Below, piece by piece: positions 60,759-64,000 of a DNA stretch of 64,000 nucleotides (the first letter of the stretch is position 1; every line of letters begins with the position of its first letter). The translations under genes were made by a program, and so were the position numbers. The DNA comes from a bacterium (GTDB taxonomy: Bacteria > UBA8248 > JACPRG01 > G963555815), in the NCBI GenBank assembly GCA_965261595.1, contig CBDHDG010000006.1:1696001-1760000 (forward strand), written 5' to 3'. Below the pieces are notes generated by a model. The model made no database searches, had not been told where the DNA came from, and saw only the letters and a list, made by a program, of their open reading frames with translations.

Positions 60759-62162
60759 TCCCCCGCTCTAGGGTTTTGTTGGACACTCGATTGATCCATG
60801 ATTCATGGAGAAAGGGGTGTCGCGATGAACGAACAAAAGCAAGAGGGGGCTTTGGCGGAGGGCGCCCGCAGGGCGAACGGAGCCAAGGCCCCAGGGCATC
60901 GCAGTGAGCGGGGTCGGTTCTCCTGCCAGCGCAAGCGGGAGGCGGTCCTGCGTCTTTTGCGGGGCGAGAGCCTGGAGACGCTCTGCCGCGAGTTGGGCAC
61001 GACAGCGGCTCGGCTTTCCGCCTGGCGCGAGGCGTTCCTTCGCGCGGGCGAGGCGGCGCTCAAAGCCCGCCCGGCGGATGAGCGGGACGAGGAGAACGCC
61101 CGGCTCAAGGCCAAGGTGGGCGAACTCACGATGGAGGGCGAGGTCCTGCGGGAGAAGATCGACCGCCTGGAGGCCGGCCGCCCTTTAGCCGGCAGGAGGT
61201 GGAGGCGATGAGTCAGGCCCGCTTCACCTCCACGGGCAGAGCCTACGGCCTGAAGCGGGTGTGCGCCCTTTGGGGCTTGGCGCGCTCCACGGTCTACGCG
61301 CAACGGCGGCGAGAGGCGGTCCCCGTTCATGAACGCCCCACGCCCAATAAGCGCGGCCCTGTGGGCCCGTGCACCGATGCGGAACTCCTCGGCCACATCC
61401 GGCAGGTCCTGGAGGACTCTCCCTTCCATGGCGAGGGCTACCGCAAGGTGTGGGCGAGGCTGCGCTTCGCGGGCATCCGCACCAGCAAGGAGCGGGTGCG
61501 TCGCCTGATGCGGGAGGCGGGGCTTCAGGCCCCCCACCGGGTGGGCAAACCCCGAGGTCCCAAGGCCCACAACGGGACCATCCGCACCGAGCGGCCCGAC
61601 CGAATGTGGGGCACGGACATGACGACGACGGTGACCACCGAGGAGGGGATGGCCTCGGTGTTCGTGGCGGTGGATCACTGCTCGGTGGACTGCGTGGGGA
61701 TCCATGCGGCCAAGAGCGGCAACCGCTTCGAGGCCCTGGAGCCGATCCGGCAGGGGGTCGCCGAGCGCTTCGCCGGCTTGGAGGCGGACGTCGCCGAGGG
61801 GCTTAAAGTTCGTCACGACCACGGCCCCGCCTATCTGTCCGATGACTTTCAGCGGGAGATCGCCTACCTGGGCATGACCAGTTCGCCCAGCTTCGTGCGG
61901 GCGCCCGAGGGAAATGGCTACTGTGAGTGGTTCATCCGCACCTTGAAGGAGAATCTCCTGTGGGTGCGCTCTTTCGCCACCGTAGAGGAACTGCGGTGGG
62001 CGCTGCTTGAGTTCAAGAACCTGTATAACCATCATTGGATTCTCGAGGGCTACGGCTACCGAACGCCGGCCCAGGCAAGGCAGGAAAAACTCGCTCAAGT
62101 TGCGGAGGCCGCATGAGGGCGAATACCCTCACCCGAGTGTCCAATAACCCAGGGGCGGTCCA
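60759..62162 (+). mobile_element. IS3-like insertion sequence, copy 2 (1404 bp)
   Basis: Inverted near-identical copy of 47531-48934; orfA 60825-61211, orfB 61208-62116; flanks GATG/GGTG are not a perfect duplication. Confidence 0.93.
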
Positions 62163-62247
62163 GGTGGAAAAACTGGAAAAGTTAAAAACAGCCGTAGAAA
62201 GTGTGCAAGATTAGTTCAAGAAACCCGAAAATTACGATTTCGGATCC

Positions 62248-62565
62248 TTGGAATCTTTAGTAACTAAGATCGTGTGTCCAGCATTATGGGATGTGTTGAA
62301 TGATTTGCGTCTCCATAATAAGGTCGACGAATCTAAAAATGGGAAAGATAATCTGGTCATCCACTACACGAGCATCGCTGCCCTCGTGTCCATGCTTAAA
62401 GATGCCGCCGCCAAGAAGGAGCAGGGGCTCAACAAGAAGGAGAGGGAAAACAAAGGACTCGAATCAGAACCGATGTCAAACGACGACAAATCTTTCTTGC
62501 GGTTATACGATTCAGTGCATCTCAACGATCCCGATGAAGGCAATTATCGCGGGAATTCCCGCTGA
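62248..62565 (+). pseudogene. Truncated DUF2971-like protein (N-terminal part)
   Basis: VIHYTS...LRLYDSVHLNDPDEG motif, then an early stop at a GC shift. Confidence 0.5.
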
Positions 62566-62871
62566 GGTGGTTGTAGAGGCGGTGGCGAGTCTGGGGTTGG
62601 GCATCCAACTGCCATTCGAGACCTACGAATAGGCGTTTCTGAGCGAACTGTGGGCGCATCGCGTGCAGCGGGATGAGGGCGAGACCTCCTCGGCAGTTCG
62701 TAGGGTCGGCGAAATCGGCAGTCAGGATGCTCAGGCGCTTCGCATCGAAGGCGAAATAGAGCACCGGGCATCGGTCAGGATTCCGGCCTGCGAGTGGGTG
62801 TTGATCGGCTCGGGGGGCTGGAGGCTCACAACGGCTCTGTTTCCTGTCGGCCCGCAGTCCGACCATCGCCT

Positions 62872-63492
62872 TCACAACCGCCCGATCCTCGGCCCCCGAC
62901 TCCGCCCCACCCGAGGGCCCGGCAGGCCCGCTACGTTCCAGAAGTCGAGCATCCGCCCGACCGTCTGCGGCATTCGCAGACCGAAGCTGTGACGAACCTC
63001 GATCCCGCCGTGCTCGGGGAACGGCGCGGAGCCCCGGACCCGGATCTGCACGACCGCGCCGGCGCATTCGATCTTGAGCACCAGCCCGCCTTCGGCCAGG
63101 CGCAGCCCCTCGACCGTGCCCCCGCCGGCCGCGACCAGCGCAGCCAGGGGTTCCGCGTCCGGCTCGAGCACGGCTTCCACCATCCCGGACTGAACCCAGA
63201 AGGCCGAGGCCGGGCCGTCTTCAGCCCAGGGGTTCTGCCAGGCCAGCAGCTCGAACCGGGCGGCCTCCAGGTCCCCCGCCGTCTGGATGCGGATCGGGAA
63301 GGGACCGGGCTCGAACACCGGCTCCGGGGCGGGCAGGACGGCATGTCTCCGCCACGCCGCCTCATAGGCTTCGACATGCCGGAAAAACAGCCACGCACGG
63401 ATCCCGTCAGCGGTCTCCTTCGCGGCCCGTTTCCGTCTCCCTCGCGTCACTGCCCGGCCCCGGTTTCGCACTGCGCGGCCCGGGTCCGGCAC
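62872..63492 (-). CDS. Hypothetical protein, possibly a DUF6499/DUF2285-associated regulator fragment of integrative elements
   Basis: RAWLFFRHVEAYEAAW resembles the WAWEFLRRN.Y motif; start uncertain. Confidence 0.45.
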   Translation of the reverse strand: MPDPGRAVRNRGRAVTRGRRKRAAKETADGIRAWLFFRHVEAYEAAWRRHAVLPAPEPVFEPGPFPIRIQTAGDLEAARFELLAWQNPWAEDGPASAFWVQSGMVEAVLEPDAEPLAALVAAGGGTVEGLRLAEGGLVLKIECAGAVVQIRVRGSAPFPEHGGIEVRHSFGLRMPQTVGRMLDFWNVAGLPGPRVGRSRGPRIGRL

Positions 63493-63547
63493 AGCTGCCG
63501 GACATCACCGGTGCCGCAGGCCGACATCATTCAACGTCGCCCCGAAT

Positions 63548-64000
63548 TCAGAACCTCGCGGTCAGCCTGAACCCGATCCCGTGCTCGGGCGGGGTGTTGT
63601 CGTTCGCGCTCTCGCGCCGGCGCGCCTCGACCGACAGCTCCAGCGACCCCGGCCCGGAACCGGTCCGCGTCAGCCGCCAGCCCAGGCTGGTGTCGCGGCC
63701 CGGTTCCGACAGGCCGAGGCCGATCTCCGGCGTGCCGGTGAACTGGCCCCCGAACATCCCGAAGCCGTAGCCGAACCGCGCCTCCAGGCGCTGCCGCCCG
63801 TCGCCGTTGTCGTTCGCCGCAAGCCCCTCCAGCGTGGTGCGCGACAGCAGCGCGTCCTTGCCGCCCGACGCCCCTGCGCCGAAGGTCTGGGTCAGCGTCA
63901 GCTTCGGACCCCGGCCCGTCGACGGCTGCGGGTTCCAGGCCAGCGAACCGGCAATGCCGCGGTCCCTCAGGCCCGCCGCCTCGTGGGTCAGCACGCCCCG
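63548..64000 (-). CDS. Autotransporter beta-barrel C-terminus (partial)
   Basis: Alternating beta strands, FGYGFGMFGG.FTGTPE, terminal aromatic residue in GFRLTARF; runs off window. Confidence 0.8.
   Translation of the reverse strand, partial: RGVLTHEAAGLRDRGIAGSLAWNPQPSTGRGPKLTLTQTFGAGASGGKDALLSRTTLEGLAANDNGDGRQRLEARFGYGFGMFGGQFTGTPEIGLGLSEPGRDTSLGWRLTRTGSGPGSLELSVEARRRESANDNTPPEHGIGFRLTARF

Noticed and set aside
47531..62162. Composite transposon bounded by the two inverted IS copies
   Set aside because: Copy 1 has its own GGAG duplication and both halves of its target gene beside it, so it inserted independently.
1..64000. tRNA or rRNA genes
   Set aside because: None recognised by eye in the intergenic regions; tRNAscan-SE or Infernal would be needed to exclude them.

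Overview
A high-GC bacterial chromosomal window in four parts. (1) 0.9-9.6 kb: a sigma54-type promoter precedes a haem-c (CxxCH) sensor / 6xPAS hybrid histidine kinase gene with one premature stop, then an orphan cheB, two abutting CTAG-bounded MITEs, a short orphan array of five extremely GC-rich CRISPR-like repeats (about 60-nt period, 31-32-nt unique spacers, type I-E-like hairpin geometry, no cas genes in the window) and an SPFH protein gene. The array is the most unusual element. (2) 10-19 kb: a putative nitrogen-compound catabolic cluster (amidinotransferase/DDAH-like enzyme, polar amino-acid ABC transporter, RidA, two paralogous amidohydrolases). (3) 19-47 kb: mostly housekeeping genes (uvrA, aquaporin, recG, rpmB, relA/spoT, tatA, dnaE, guaA, guaB, dam-like methylase, mutL, mazG). 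Several are broken by 1-nt indels, often at long G/C runs, so sequencing error is a serious alternative to real pseudogenisation. (4) 47-64 kb: a decaying mobile/defence island with two near-identical 1404-bp IS3-like elements, IS256 and IS3 remnants, an IS66-like element carrying a DUF4338 (DruA-like) gene, a TIGR02391-like gene, a type IIG-like restriction-modification gene, a ThiF/JAB fragment and the 3' end of an autotransporter. All family calls rest on motif recognition by eye; no searches were run.
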